Assembly: GCF_036321535.1 (NCBI RefSeq)
Contig: NC_087437.1
Coordinates: forward strand, 44,208,001 to 44,272,000
Length of the DNA stretch: 64,000 nucleotides
Direction of reading: 5' to 3'
Source of the DNA: Camelus dromedarius
Taxonomy: Eukaryota
A program made the position numbers and the translations under genes. Of the stretch, positions 13,361-27,395 are shown in pieces (within the stretch, counting starts at the first letter, position 1; every line of letters begins with the position of its first letter). The notes under the pieces were generated by a model. It was not told the origin of the DNA. It did no database searches and worked only from the letters and a program-made list of their open reading frames with translations.

Positions 13361-14816
13361 TTCAGTGGTAAAGGAATGAAGATTCTAGATGCAGGTAACT
13401 ACTTTGAGAATTTTCTTTTAAGAAGAGTAGCAGAGAGAGATGAGATATTAACTGAAATGAGATGTGGGAGGAAAGGATTTTTTTAAGGACAATATTAAGA
13501 CATATTTTGTGTTCATAGGAATGGGAAATATACAGAAAGGTGACAAAGAAGGTACTTCCAGGAGGTCTTGAGTAGGTTTGGTATGAGAAGGATACAAAAA
13601 GGAAGGATAGGGATGCTGCTTTCACAGAAATCACAGGGGAGGTAGCACGTGCAGGGTACAGAGGCAGGTGGAGTGGGCATTTTCTGGAGGGATGATGGGT
13701 AATTCTTTTTGATATAATCTGTTTTTCCTGGAAGTAGTAGGTAAGTATAGCGGAGACTGAAGGGTAAAGAGGAGGATACTTGGGATTTAAGAAAAGAAAT
13801 GAGAAATGTGGGTTAGCTTGGAGAGAAGGAAAATGATTGTATGGAAGGTATAGTAGGACCGTCTGCCTCTTGTGAGTGTCCATTTGGGATTCATGATCAT
13901 AAATTTAAGTCAGTCCAGTCAGCATATTTGTGGGATTATGACTATCTTAGGCCAGATCATTATTATCACCTGCCTGAATAATTATAATAGTTACCCAAAT
14001 GGTCTTCCTTCCCCCAGGTTTCTTTCCTCTGCTGCTGCCACATCAATCTTTTCAAAACACTTTTCTGCATAAATTAAGCTCCAGGCCAGCAACTTTATTG
14101 TTTCCTCTTGATCTTGAAGGTCAAATGCTTAGATTTTGATCTGTAGGCCTGCCATAATATGGCATTACAATGTTTTTCACTGGGCAGTGACTGCTTTGTA
14201 TTTTAATGATATGCTTTGTATTTTAGAATCATTATTCTGGCAGTTGAATAAAAATCTTTTGGAATAGGGCATTACCAAATTTGGGGAGACCAGCAAGGAG
14301 GTTATCGTAGTGAAATATGATGATGACCTCGGTTACATCATTAGCAGTGGGGAGAAAGGTGAGTCACTGAGGGTGAGAGATATTAGAAAGGTAAAATGTC
14401 TTGACTTGAGTATAGGGATAGAGTGATGGGAAGTATCAAGAATCATAAAGAGAGTTTTTACTTACATGATTGTATAGAAGGTGGAGACATTCAGTAAGAA
14501 ATGTGATAGAAAAGGGAGAAACAGGATGAGACAAAAGCTTAGTTCAGTTTAATACACATATAGTTTGAGATACTTAAGCTACTTAAGCTCCATATATATA
14601 TATATATGTCCTATAGGCACCAGGGAGATGTAAGTCTAAAGTTTCAGAGTGAGTTCAAGAATGGAGATCATAACTTGGGAATTATTAGCACTGAAGTCAT
14701 AAATTGGGGCACCATCATCATATATTCATAATATATATACAGGATTCCAGAAGTAGGCAGTGTATGGATCCCTGGGGTGGGGAGGGGGAGCATTATTATT
14801 TAAAGATGGAGGAAGA

Positions 14817-14995
14817 TATAGCACAGGGAAATATGTACAAGATCTTATGGTAGCTCACAGCAAAAAAAAAATGTGACAATGAATATATATATATGTATGT
14901 TCATGTATAACTGAAAAATTGTGCTCTACACTGGAAGTTGACACAACATTGTAAAATGACTAGAACTCAATAAAAAAAAAAAAGTTAAAAAAAAA
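14817..14995 (+). mobile_element. young 5'-truncated L1 3' end (camelid-type)
   Basis: 'tatagcacagggaaatat..tgacacaacattgtaaaatgac..caataaaa' with an A-tail; perfect 15-bp TSD aaagatggaggaaga at 14802-14816 and 14996-15010; TT|AAAG endonuclease-type site. Confidence 0.92.
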
Positions 14996-15147
14996 AAAGA
15001 TGGAGGAAGAGATTTTGAGGAAGAATAAAAAGTAACAGCCAGAAGGGTAGGAGAAATAAAATAATTAATAGTATTTCAAAGGGAAGAGAAAGAGATTTTT
15101 TTAAGTCTGCTAATATTTATATTTTAAAAGAACTAGAACAAGTTAGA

Positions 15148-15320
15148 GATTGGTTCTCAATCATGACTATTTGTTAGTATCATCTGGGGACCTTCAAAGA
15201 AAAAAAAAGCAATACCTGGGTCATATGCTTGATTGATTAAATCAGAATCCCTAAGCAATTGGAGGCAGAGATCCCTTTCTGAAGTTCCCTGACGATTAAC
15301 TGAGGAGATCTACAGAGGCA
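15148..15320. mobile_element. hAT-Charlie MITE (MER5-like)
   Basis: 'tggttctcaa...atcatctgggga...attaaatcagaatc'. Confidence 0.55.
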
Positions 15321-15469
15321 GACTGATGTGGCTATCTGTTCTGTTTCATGTATTACACACAATAAGACAAGCATAAATGGAGTAAGATTAAGTTTCATGT
15401 AGCAATAAAACTTAGGTAGTACTGTAACATTAAAAAAGGAGGGAATATGAGCGAGCTTTATGTGGTACA

Positions 15470-16020
15470 TTGGAAAAGAAACGAATTCCTTTTAGAAATT
15501 TCTCTTAATTCTGTATGTCCTCTTTCTTGCAATTTGTTATTGCTGCTCCTCTCTCAAGAGGTACAGTTGACTTCTCTACCTCCGTAACTTGGGCTGGCCT
15601 TGTGATTTGCTTTGACCAATAAAAATGTGATGATGATGATATTTCAGGAGTTCTGGGCCCCCACCTCAAGAGACCTTGTAGCTTTTGTTCTCATTTTCTT
15701 GCCGTTTTGAGACCACGCTGTGAAGAAGCCAGGCACCTCTCCTACGGGCGAGGGACCATGTGGAGAGAGAGACCCTGCTGATAGCCAGTACCACCCTCCA
15801 GACATGTGAATGGGGCCATTTTGGGGCATTCCAGCCCCAGCTGCACCACCTGCTGACTGCAAGGACATCAGTGACCCCAGACAAGAACAGCAGAAGAACC
15901 TCCCTTCTTGGCACAGACCATATAGCCAACCCATACGGTTGTGAATAAAATAGTTGTTGTGCAAGCCACCAAGTTTTGAGGTGGTTGTTATGCATATGCA
16001 GCAGTAGATGACTCATATAC
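15470..16020 (+). mobile_element. MaLR LTR (MLT1G/H-like)
   Basis: 'gggctggccttgtgatttgctttgaccaata...aagccaccaagttttgaggtggttgttatgca..gcagtagatgact'. Confidence 0.8.
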
Positions 16021-16419
16021 TATGTAAGAAACAATCGTCCATCCTTAGATGTAACTGACCAACCAATCCGTTGTACATCCTTTCGTGAATAGATACTTTT
16101 GATGTTTCCTGAAAAATCCACTTTTAAATCTCCCCTGACCACCCAAACCTTTTATCAATACTGTATCCAAAATATTGGAATGTTTTTAGACTACTGTATA
16201 GAACTCTTAATTCTTTCATTTTGATGTATTTTTCTCATGATGTATTCCCCCAAATTTATTTCTCACCTCTCACTTTGTATACGTGAGAGAGGAAGGTAGC
16301 CAGATATGGTTACTCCTAATGCTACTCTGATCACAGGACCACAGCAGTAATATAAACAACCAAATTTCTGTTGAAGCCTTCCCTTGAGCCCGGCCTTCAG
16401 GATCTCATTTTATTCTAAC

Positions 16420-16560
16420 ACTCTGTGACCTGGGCCTTCTTATACCCTGTCTCACAGATGAGGAAACAGAGGCTCAGAGTGGATAAATCAGCTTGCTCAG
16501 GGCCACACAGCCAGAAAGGGCTGGACAGTGACTTGACCCAGGTTTGAATGAATGCACATT
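16420..16560 (-). mobile_element. MIR SINE fragment
   Basis: 'cagatgaggaaacagaggctcagag..cttgctcagggccacacagc'. Confidence 0.75.
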
Positions 16561-17019
16561 CTGTCTTCCTAACCAGTATTGGTTGTTTAGTTCTATATCT
16601 AAAGCACCTGCATGACATACTTCCCAAATTTCCTTTTGTGAATTTGCAGAAAGTCAGAATTTGGGGCCACGTTTTTTTTATACAGGAAAAGAACATTAAT
16701 ATTCTCTGAAGATTTGCTATTGGTCAGGCATTTTCATATATATCTCTCATATAATCCTCACAGCCATCCTACATGGTACATATCATTCCTACTTTTATGG
16801 CCCACAGAACAAGGAGACAGATAATTTCCCGAAGGTCATTCAACCTAGGAACTGGTAAGGTGAAACCCTAACACAGGTCTGTGGGGCCCTAAACCTCAAA
16901 ATCTTTCTGCTATGCTCCTTGGCCTTTTTCTTTGAATTTATATCCAGTTACAAACTCCATTTGATTTTCCCGAGTCCTAGTTCTTCATCACAGGATAAAT
17001 TGCTAGGAACCATTCCATC

Positions 17020-17290
17020 TCTTAGGCTCTCTTCTTAAATGTTATTTTCTCAGGGAAGCCTTTCCTGATCTCCCCTATGGCTGGGTCCCCCCTGCTCCAG
17101 ACAGCCACGGCAGCTGTCCACTCCTTTATGCAACACTTGTCAGACTTATAACTGTTTCCATTTCTGTCTCTCCCACTAAACCAGACTCTCCATGAAGGTG
17201 GGGCCATTTTGTCTTGGGCACTATTAAAACCCAGCCCTAGCACGGAGTCTGGTGCAGAGCAGTCCCTCATAAATATTTTGTTAATTAACT
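17020..17290 (+). mobile_element. LINE-2 3' end
   Basis: 'tctcagggaagcctttcctga...tctgtctctcccactaaaccagactctccatgaagg...ataaatattttgttaat'. Confidence 0.75.
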
Positions 17291-18972
17291 TATGAACTTT
17301 TAGACTATGGGCAGGCCTGGAGAAATGACATTTGTGTGTTTAAATCGATTACAACTTAAGATCCCATAATACAGTAAGAAAATCTGCTTGATAATAAAAG
17401 CAGAATACATAGAAGTTTTGAGATGGGACCCCACCTTCAGGACACCTAAAGGCCACGTTAATGTGAAATTCTTTCCACTTCATTAAAAGCCTGTCATGGA
17501 GCTCACAGAAATGCCTTGACGGCTTTTTGCTTGCTGTGCTGTCAGAGTGTGTATCTTAGGCCATTCTGCTAAGGAATCTAGCACTGACTACAGGTTTGTT
17601 TCCATGGACACCTATCAGTAGTAGAAGATAGAAAATAAACTAGACCAAAACATAAGGCAATGTCATATTGCAGTTTCAATAAAGACAGAATTAAGGAAAA
17701 GTTAAATAAAAATAGCTCACCTGTCCTGATCAAAAAAGGAAGTCAGATATTGTGCTGATTAAAATAAAGTTCTTCTATCCTTTCTTTTTATCATTTTAAA
17801 CTCTTTTTGTAAAGTAGAATATTTAAATAAATAAGTAGGCAAGATTTATGCCTCTTAATATCCTAATTATTAAGCTGATGACTACAAAGATGAATAATTT
17901 CTCTTTTGGAGGAGATAACCCTCAAACAAGTGACTTGGAACCAGGGAGAGAAAAAATATGGTTGGTTTTATTATTCAAGTTCATACTGGAACATTAACAC
18001 TGCATAAAGCCGATCATAAGACCACATTTTAATACACTTAGATATAATTATTTCAAATAAATACATAAATGTGAAAAATATAATCTATGTAAATCTATGT
18101 AAATAGATGGTTATAGTGAATTAGTATGTAGCATTACTGGGTGAATTGCTCAGGGTTTCATTAAATAAAAAAGACCAAAGACCTGGGTTAGCAAGAAAAA
18201 GCTTTTTTGCTCTATTTCAGTTGCTTTAGGTTGTTAATCTGGTCCAAGATGATCAACTTCTCATTAATCATAATAATTAGGGGCAGATTTACTGAGCATT
18301 AGTGTAATTTTCAATCATGCTAATAGTTGTGCAATCCTCCATTCATTAATATAAATGAGGTAAATTAGAACCATGACATTATAAAGAAGAGGCAGAAGCT
18401 GCAGGAACTTTCCTGGATCCTCCCTAAACCCCATTAATTTAACTGTAATATGTTGTTCCTCAATACTTATTTTCACTCTCTTTATTTTCCGTTGCTAATG
18501 GTTCTTCAGATTGGTTAATGAGCGTGCTAACCTCTTCATTTAAGTGACTGTTATGGTGTGGTCTAAATCATACATGCTTATCTTGTCTCATTACCTTTAA
18601 CCCTTTCTCACATGTTCAGTCAACAAGCATTTATGGGGTAGTCACTCTTGTAATTTGGAATCAGATATATCAGCACAGTACAAAATAAATAAGAGGCATC
18701 CCATCTTTCAGGAGATCACAGTCCAGGAGACATTGTGGATTGGAGTGACATTATCATTAAAAATATAACAGCAGTTCCAAAGTAAAACATTCTCTCTTTT
18801 TGGTGTTATTAAACTTTTTATTTGTATCCAAAAGATGTCAAAATAAATTCTCTTCTTCATCTCTTAGTTTTGTTTAGACAGCCCCAGATAGGCCTTTCCT
18901 AAAAACACTTCCTAAATTGCGTCCTCATTTTATGGTCTTTATATCAGCCTTTATGTTTTTCCTCATAGCACT

Positions 18973-19033
18973 TACCAAATTTTATAGATGATTGTGTGTG
19001 TGTGTATATGTGTGTGTGTATATGTGTGTGTGT
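18973..19033. repeat. (TG)n/(TA) compound microsatellite
   Basis: Read directly; embedded in an L2 remnant. Confidence 0.85.
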
Positions 19034-21216
19034 TTATTTATTTGCTTTCTCTTCCTCTAGGTTGTAAGCAAATTGAAGGCAGGGACCATAACTGTATCCT
19101 CAGATTCTATCACATTGCCTGGTACACTGTGATGCCCAATTAATATCTATCAGTACATAAATGAGTGATCCAGTGTATTTGTGGTGCTCATTTGCATAGT
19201 TAACTATAAAGCTACTTGCTGGTTCTTAGAATCTGGAATATAACCATAATGCCTTTTTGCATGAAAGAAAAGTCTTGGATTGGACCTTAAAAGATTACTC
19301 CTTTTGCTTGAGAGATTTAGTCATCTTCATTAGGACAATGCATTTTTTCAAATCTGTTTATTGGAGAGGAAACCTCACCAAATTGGGGAGAAAAAATGTC
19401 TGGACCAGGGAACTTTTTGACTCCACCTTCACTGGATACATGGACTTGCAGTGACTGATCTCATTCATTCACTGAGCAAACTTTTACTGTCTTCTTTGTT
19501 CTGGACTCTAAGAATGACTCTGGGGATGTCATACCTGGCAAGGTCCTTTTTTAAAAAAGAACTTAATCTAGTTGAAGAAATAGTAATATGAGGTGCTCAT
19601 GCAACTATTAAATGGCAGAACTGGAATTTGAACTTACTGCAAAGGATTAAAGTCTGTGGCTTTCCCACTAAAGCACACAGCCATTTCAGAGGAGTTTGGA
19701 CTTCACTAAAGACAACAATAGCAACATTATGGTTCTAGCAGAATGTAAGCGTAGGAGGCATATATTCAGCATTTTTTGTTGTTTGCTTAACGTGGTAAGA
19801 AAACAGGGGATGAATTTGGGTGAGGGGAGAGAGAGAATGAATCCGAGAGGCCAATTAAGAAGCCATTGCTTACTCTGGCAAAAAGGTATTCAGGCAAGAG
19901 CAGTGGAAATGATGGGGAAAGGAAAAGAATGGATCTCCAGTGAAAGGGAGCAACTCAGTAGGTTTCGGGTGACAGGCAGATGTGGGAGTAAGGAGAAGCA
20001 AGGGTGAGAGAGAGGATGGGGCTAAGGAAGATTTGTGTGTGGTTTCATCACCTGGGTGAATGATGTTCACTGAAGTAAAGGGTATATATGCCAAGAAGCA
20101 GGTCAAAGAAAGAAAAAATTCAGGTTTTTATATCTTTTCTTAATAATGTGGGGGCAGGTTGAAAGGGGCCCTGAGATGTGATGGCATGTTTCTGCTGTTA
20201 TTATGGTTGCTGGTGTTTGCTACTACTACTATCACTACTGCTGCCCGTCCTCCCACTTTGGGACTTTTTTTTTCTCAGCTATGCATTGAAATAGGTTGCT
20301 TTAATGTATATTTTCTCACAGTTCTCATAACAAGCCCATGAGATAAATGTTCATCTTTATTTTATATTGAGTAAACTAGTAATGAAGCATCATGGCTAAA
20401 TGACATTGCTAAATGTCACAAAATTAATGAATGTCGGAGTGGAGGTTCAACCTGGCTCCAAAGCTGATGCCCCTTCTGGTGGCTTCCATCTACCTAATTT
20501 CAGACTATTTGTGTTTGAAATGCCTGTGGGACATGCAGCTTTGCTAATTTGTAAAGTATGGATAATAATAACTAGCTAACTGCATTGGAAATTGTGAAAC
20601 TGAGGTAGGCTGCCAAGAGTGGAATATTATTATTGAAAAGCTCATAATTTTTTCATGCCATTCAATATTAATTAATTTCTGAGAAAGAATTTGATTAAAC
20701 TGAGGATTACTCAGTAATTTGCAGTATCATGCAAAACATTTTCTGGGAATCCTTAATTTTTCCTCTCTTTAATGCCTGCAATAGAGAAAGGATTGTTATG
20801 ACAGACTTTTAAAAAGATGAAGCTGGGAAGAACTTTAGACATTATTTAATAAAGGGAATATATGAAAAAACTGAGATCTAGGCCAGAGTTGCAATTGACA
20901 GCCCTTAAGCTGTATCCAGAGAGCTATGTTTTGCTCTCATCTACATCATATATTAAAGTTGAGAAGCATAAGCATTTTCATCCTGACCATGAACTCCGCA
21001 GTTAGCTGCAGTCCCCACCACTCCCTAGTTTATTAATCCCAGACACTTTTCACTCATTAATCTGCCTGCCCAATAGTGCTTATGTTTGTGACCCCTTAGA
21101 GACTTGTTCAGTACTGTAAATTAATTAATTCTACAGGAAAAAGTAGAATCTGTGGTTCAAGGTTCATTGACTTTGCTATATTAAACTTAACATTATTTTT
21201 TTCCTGTGAGGAAGAA

Positions 21217-21606
21217 TGTATTAGTCTGCTAGACCTGCCAGAACAAAATAACACGATGGGGTGACTTAAAGAACACGAATTCACTTTCTTACAGTCTGGG
21301 GACTGGAAGTCTAAGATCAAGGTTCCAGTAGGGTTGGCTTTTTTTCTGAGGCCTCTTTCCTTAGCTTGCCCTTGGCTGCCTTCTCACTGTGTCCTCCTTT
21401 GGCCTTTTCTCTCTGTGCGCATCCCTGGTGTCTCTTCCTCTTCTTATAAGACTCCGGTCATATTGGATTAGGGCCCTTATGTGACCTCATTTGAACTTAA
21501 TTACCTCTTTAAAGGCTCTGTTTCCAAATACAGTTATACGTGAAAGTACTGGAAGTTAGGACTTCAACATACGAATTTGGAGGGGTACACAACTCCATCC
21601 GTAACA
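21217..21606 (-). mobile_element. full-length MaLR LTR (MLT1A0-like)
   Basis: tgtattagt...gtaaca termini, 'ctggaagtctaagatcaagg', 'ttaggacttcaacatacgaattt'; 5-bp near-TSD aagaa/aagag. Confidence 0.88.
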
Positions 21607-22749
21607 AAGAGATTTGTTGAATGAATAAGGGAACGTTATTTTGAAATGGTTAGGATTGCACCTTCCCTACACAGCCCGTTGCACTTCTTTAACCTTCATT
21701 CTAGTACTGCTTTGTATTACTGTAATTTACATGCTTGTATTATCTTCATTACAAAACTGTAAATACCTTGAGGGCAAAAATTACTGCTCTATGTCCATTA
21801 CAGAATACATCTTCAAGTAGTTATTTGACTAAAAAAATAAGAGGAACACTTTTAATCCCAATTTAACACTTTCTGGTCAATTTTACTTGTATTCCAGCAT
21901 GAAAGAAGAGTAAATTAAACAACTGTCTTAGAAGAAAGATTCATGATTATTTTAAAATACCAAAATAAAACTAACTATGGTTTAGTCAGTCATTAAAATT
22001 GAAGGTAATATGTGATTTCAGTGAGTTGTGTGTGTTTATATCAAGTTTACTTTTAGATGGTTATTTTTATGTAAGATTAATGTTATAGTTCTAAGTGATA
22101 TTTGTTATTAAGATATCTAGATTTTGAAAGTTTAGTTCATGTAATTATGTTTGTAAGATAAAACATTATTAAGTTAACATCTATCTTCTTTGCCTGGTTG
22201 AAGAACTCATTCCAGGTTTAATTCTGCATTTCCAAAATCTAAATAGGAGTAGTGGAACCTGTACCTAGATAAACTGGATCACTCAGTGGATTTCTCTATA
22301 CTGATACATAGGAAAAAGTATTAAAAATATGTATGCATCATGATACATTTAATTTGCCATTGACCTAACTTTGTCATGCAGGTTTTTCACAGATTTTGTT
22401 GAACTGATTGAATCACAAAAATATAACAAAAAATGTGAAAATGTAGCTTTTTAAAAAATTGTAAGCTTGCTGAATCATTGCTTTAAAAGCATAGAAATGA
22501 CTGCTGAATGTCATGTCAAACCAACCCATTCCCTTACTGGTATTTTGCAGGGTTATTTATAAAATAACTTTACTGAAATAACTGAAAACATTTGCTTTTT
22601 ACTGTCCAGTTAAACCTACAGCATTTGAAGGATAAATGTTCCCTTGAGTCTTTTAGCCTTTGGCACTGCATTGTTTATTTGTTTATTAATTTGCTAATTC
22701 AGTCTCCTGCTCAACAAACCTTTATCAAGGGCCTCCCAGGTTCAAGACA

Positions 22750-22930
22750 TGCCCTTACTAGCTGTGTGACTGGGTAAATCACTGAACTCTTCACCTGCCT
22801 TGGCTTTGGCTCCTGTAAAACAGGGATGCTAATGCTCCCTGTGGCTGTTGAGGCTATTGGAAGAGTTAGTGTTGTGCCAGCTGCTGGAGCAGGGCTGACA
22901 CATAGTAGGGATCACCCAGCTGTTATTTTT
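22750..22930 (+). mobile_element. MIR SINE
   Basis: 'cttactagctgtgtgactgggtaaatcactgaac...ctgtaaaacagggat...cacatagtagg'. Confidence 0.7.
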
Positions 22931-23814
22931 CCTTCCTCCCAATCTGACTCCTGGGCTCTATAGTTTTGTGATTGTCTGGAACTTAAATTACTGCCGTAGA
23001 ACTTTAGAACTTTAAAGTCGGAGGAGAGTTTAGCACTCATATTGTTCCTCTTCTTCATGTAAAAAAACCTGAACATAGAGCTGACCTATTTGTCCAGGAG
23101 ATACAACTGTTCAATTGGAGAACATTTATTTCATTAATTTAATTAATAAAATATTTTTTGATTATTATGGCAATTAGTAGGGTGGAAGGAGAGAAAGAGA
23201 CAGAGGGAAAAAGAGGGAGGCAAAAAGTTTGAGGTATATTGGCTGTATTTCTCTTGTGACTTTTGTGCTGTGGCCAGACGTCTCCTTATTCAGGCTTCAG
23301 GATTTTCCCCTTTCTCTTTGTTAAAAAACAAAGACAAAAACAAAAAAAATACTTTAATTTTCAAAATAGACACCATTTAAAAAATTTCGCTAATTTGGGA
23401 AATTATGAAAACTTGCTTTACCGTCAATTTGGTTTTAATGAATTAATTGCCCTTTAAAAGAAAAGTATTTGCCAGTTTCCTTCAGAGCTGGTACACTACC
23501 ATCGGGTTGCCATCTGCCTTTACTTAATATAGGAATCGTGCCATAATGCAAAGCAAGGGAAACAGACTGAGTACAGGCATGCTGGATTCTGTTCCCAGTG
23601 CCTTCCCTGAGTGACTTAAAAGCTCTCTGAAGCTGACGTGACATCTTTCTGTTTCTGTCCTCTCCTTCATAGTTGGGGTTAATAATGATTGTTGACTATG
23701 ACAGTAATAATGTTGTTAGGCTAACTAATAATTTCTAAAAAGCATTCATCAGATGCCTAGAAGTCATCCCTATGGGCTTCACTGTTTCCAGTCATGTTGT
23801 AAATGGGACAGCAT

Positions 23815-24406
23815 TGTGGTAGGCAGAATTCTAAGATGGCCCCCAAGATTCCTGCCTCCTGGTGTACCTACCTTGAATAATCCTCACCCCTCAAGTGTGG
23901 GCAGATCCTTCAAATACGGTGAGATAGTTGCTCCTTTGATTAGGTTACCTTATATAACAAAGTGATGGGATAGTCACTACTGTGCGATCTGGAGGGGGAA
24001 CTGAAGAATGGGAGTCAGAAAGAGGCTTTCATGCTGTCCTAGAAAAAAGCAAACATCTATGTTGTGAGCTGCCTGTGGGGGCCATGCGGTAAGGAAATAT
24101 GGGCAGCTTCTAGTTGCTGAGATCAATCCCTGGTTGCCAGCTAACAAGAAATTGAGGTCCTCAGTCCTATAACCACAAGGAACTAAATTCTGCCAACAGG
24201 CTAAATGAACTTGGAAGAGAACTCCTAGCTCCAAATGAGAACTTTGGTATGTCTAACACCTTCATATGTGTAACACCTCCTTTAGGGGGAAGGATCAAGC
24301 TAAGCAAAACTCAGACTTTTGAACCAAAGAGACAGATAGTAATGTCTGTTGTTTTAAGCTGTTAAGTTTGTGGAACTGTGTTATGCAACAATAAAAAACT
24401 AATACA
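23815..24406 (+). mobile_element. MaLR LTR (MLT1E-like)
   Basis: Starts 'tgtggtaggcagaattctaagatggcccccaagattcc', ends 'aaaactaataca'. Confidence 0.88.
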
Positions 24407-26939
24407 ACTGTGTAGGGTACATATGATAAGTAGAGGTAATCCTCTACTTTTATACTTAATTGGATTCATGGATAAATTTTTTTGCAATTAGTATTTTAAA
24501 AAGTAAGAATTTTGAAGAATTTGAAAGGGTTTTGCAAAACAATTAGTCATAATTTCTTAAAACTATCTTATATCTTTGGATCATAATATATAGCAGGATG
24601 TTCTTGTATTTTATGAAGTACTAGAAGCAATTGAGCCTACACATTGCATTTTAGTTATATTCACAATTATTTGTTTTAATATAAGTTCAGCTTTTAGTGT
24701 GTCTTCTTTTAAGTATTGTCTTGTGTTTCTGGAAGCTGTGAGGAAGTAGCATTTCCTATGTGTTTACCTTGATTCAGTGACCGAACTACTGTTGATTATA
24801 AAAGCAGCTACTTAAGCTAGAAATGAGTGTTCATCTTAACTTATTAGAATGTAATATTAGTAAGACCAAGCCCTTATGTGTGTACTAATTGGATTTGCTG
24901 TATTTCCTGGGATGCAAGTGTATGGATAACCACACTGGAACACCATTTTCCGACAGGGAAATCACTAGCACTCGTCAAATGATGAATCAGTGGCACGGTC
25001 TTAAATGAAGTATAGCAAACCATGGTTACAGGTCCACCAAAATTCAGTGTGTGACACTGAAATGTTTTAATTCCTTTCTGGGTCCCAACGAAGATATAAA
25101 AATGTAAATATTAATAACCTAGGTTTTAAATTTTACTTCTGTTGAACTCCAGGATGTGGCATGGGTCCTCAGAGGCTCCAGCAAACATTGTTTTCATTTG
25201 TTTGGGAATTTATTCCAGTTCCCAGCTGTGAAAATTACCAAAATCTTGAGGCAGCCGTACAGAAAATACCCACATTGATAATTCGGTTCTGGAGGTCAAG
25301 TAAGCATGCATGAGATTGTAGGCAGTTTTGTAGGCAGCACGGTGGACTATCAGGCTGAACAGGATGTAAACAAACTGAAGTTTTAATCAGCCCTAGGGCA
25401 AGCATCTGAATAGACAAATAGTTTTATTGCTCTTCCAGAACTTTTATGCTTTAACCAAATTGTGCCCAAAAAGACAAAAGTAGAGACTGTGAGTTCCAGG
25501 TGGGCAGAGACCATGCCAATTGTTTTCATTTTTTGTATTCCCAGGACTGAGGACAGTTCTGGAATATATACGTGGTCAATAAATATTTATTAAATAAAAG
25601 AACTGAATTACAGTACTGGCTCCTCTTCAAATGAGACAGCTGACAGAGCACAGTGTAAAGGTGCGGGCCTAATGGTTGCACTGTGACTGTACTTCTGTAC
25701 TGGGGCTTAATTTTATCTGAGAAGTATACATCTGCCCTACAAAAAGCAGTCCGGTGGATTCCAAGAGGGATGAAAGATTATGTAAATAAAACAGATATTC
25801 TTTTCCCTGAAGAGCCAAACTTCCATACTGCTCCCCATTAATCCTTTCTATTTCTCCAGGCTATCACACCTCCAACTGGATGTTTATTCCACTCTAAACC
25901 CTGTCTGCTTCTTTGTTTGTATTGTGAAGCATATAGAATCAGCTTGAGTAGTGACTAATACATGCTTTCAGCCTGTGGTATTTCTAGACTCAAGAGAGAT
26001 TTGTGTATGTGCTGGGTGTGTCTGTGGTTCCTGCCTAAGACAGTAATCATTTTAAAAAAAATGTTACTTTTAATGAGTGAAAAGTAAATTTATATTAAGA
26101 ATATCATTAATCACCAAATGACTTTATTTTTAGAGGAACTATTGCCTTTTTTCCTGGTATTTAGTTAGTCCTGTCATTTGCAAACTTAAATAAGCCACTA
26201 GGTAAATACTTATACTAACTAGAACAAAACAAGCTGTTAACACGCATAATGAAACTTTTTCCAGTGGCTGTTTGAAGAATATTGAGAGGATGCTGAATGA
26301 TTTGAACTATGCTTATTTGGCATCAATACACGGATAAATTATTTTTCCAGAAACACATGTAATGTAAATCTGTGTACAGACACAGATTAACCAACAGATT
26401 CAGTTTCTTTTAAATCTAATTGGAATTTTTAAATTCCTTAACCATATTCATTGATAATTCTTGGTTGATTAAAATCTAGGGAGGAGAGAACCTATATGTG
26501 ACTATAGCTGCTCCTTAAAAAAATAGGCAATTAAGGTATAAAGCCCAATTTACATAATGATTTGCTAACAGCAATTTTTGCCCATGAGGTATCACACCCC
26601 ATTTCTCCTCTCTCTCTCCCTCACCATTGCTTTAATCTACACTCTCTTTCCTTTCTAGAGTGTTGCTTTGCCCTGCGGTTATAATACAGAAACAGCTGTG
26701 GTTTAAGATGTCAACTTCTCCATTAACATCAACTGCCTCAAAAACAACTCGAATCATGTTTTAAATGAAGTGTCATGACTATGATTGCTTTATTATTTGG
26801 TGTGAATGGATGAGTCTTAGGAAGAACGACGAAGATTTTAAAAGCTTCTGAGTTTAAACATGACACTTTCATCCTTTTCCTTTTTTATTTCAAAGTTGGA
26901 AATGTTAAGCTGTTATGAAGGATGAGGAAGGTACAACTG

Positions 26940-27015
26940 ACTTTCTTTTCCTCCTCCTCCTCTTTGTTTTCCTTTCTTTTCCTCCTCCTCTGTCTTCCCC
27001 CTTGGTTTCCTCTCT
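26940..27015. repeat. CT-rich low-complexity tract
   Basis: Repeated 'tttcttttcctcctcctc' units. Confidence 0.75.
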
Positions 27016-27395
27016 ATATTAGCATGGATTTGGAGAAGTATTAAGATTAATATATGATTCAGGTGAACAAAATAATTTCTTCTTTCTTCCACCTGCTCCC
27101 ATTACTTTTTTTTCTCTTCTGTGTGTAACAAATTGGAGTGTGGGTAGACTGGAAATTTGGTGAAGAAGTGAAAAGGGAAGAGAAGAGAATGAGAAAGATG
27201 GGGGACATCTGTAGGAAGGGAAGGTGGAAAATCTTCTCTGAGCATCGGGACCAAGCCCTAGAGATGGCATGCTAAAGGGTGAGAGTACAAAGCCTGTATG
27301 TACTCTTGGTGGTGGGTCATGATGAGTTTAACAATTAGTTCTAAAAATTCTAAAACCTGAATATGTTTACAGATAGATCATTTTCCTTAGGCATA

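Noticed and set aside
13362..13883. Longest ORF in the track (173 aa)
   Set aside because: Lies in degraded L2-like purine-rich sequence; the composition is not protein-like
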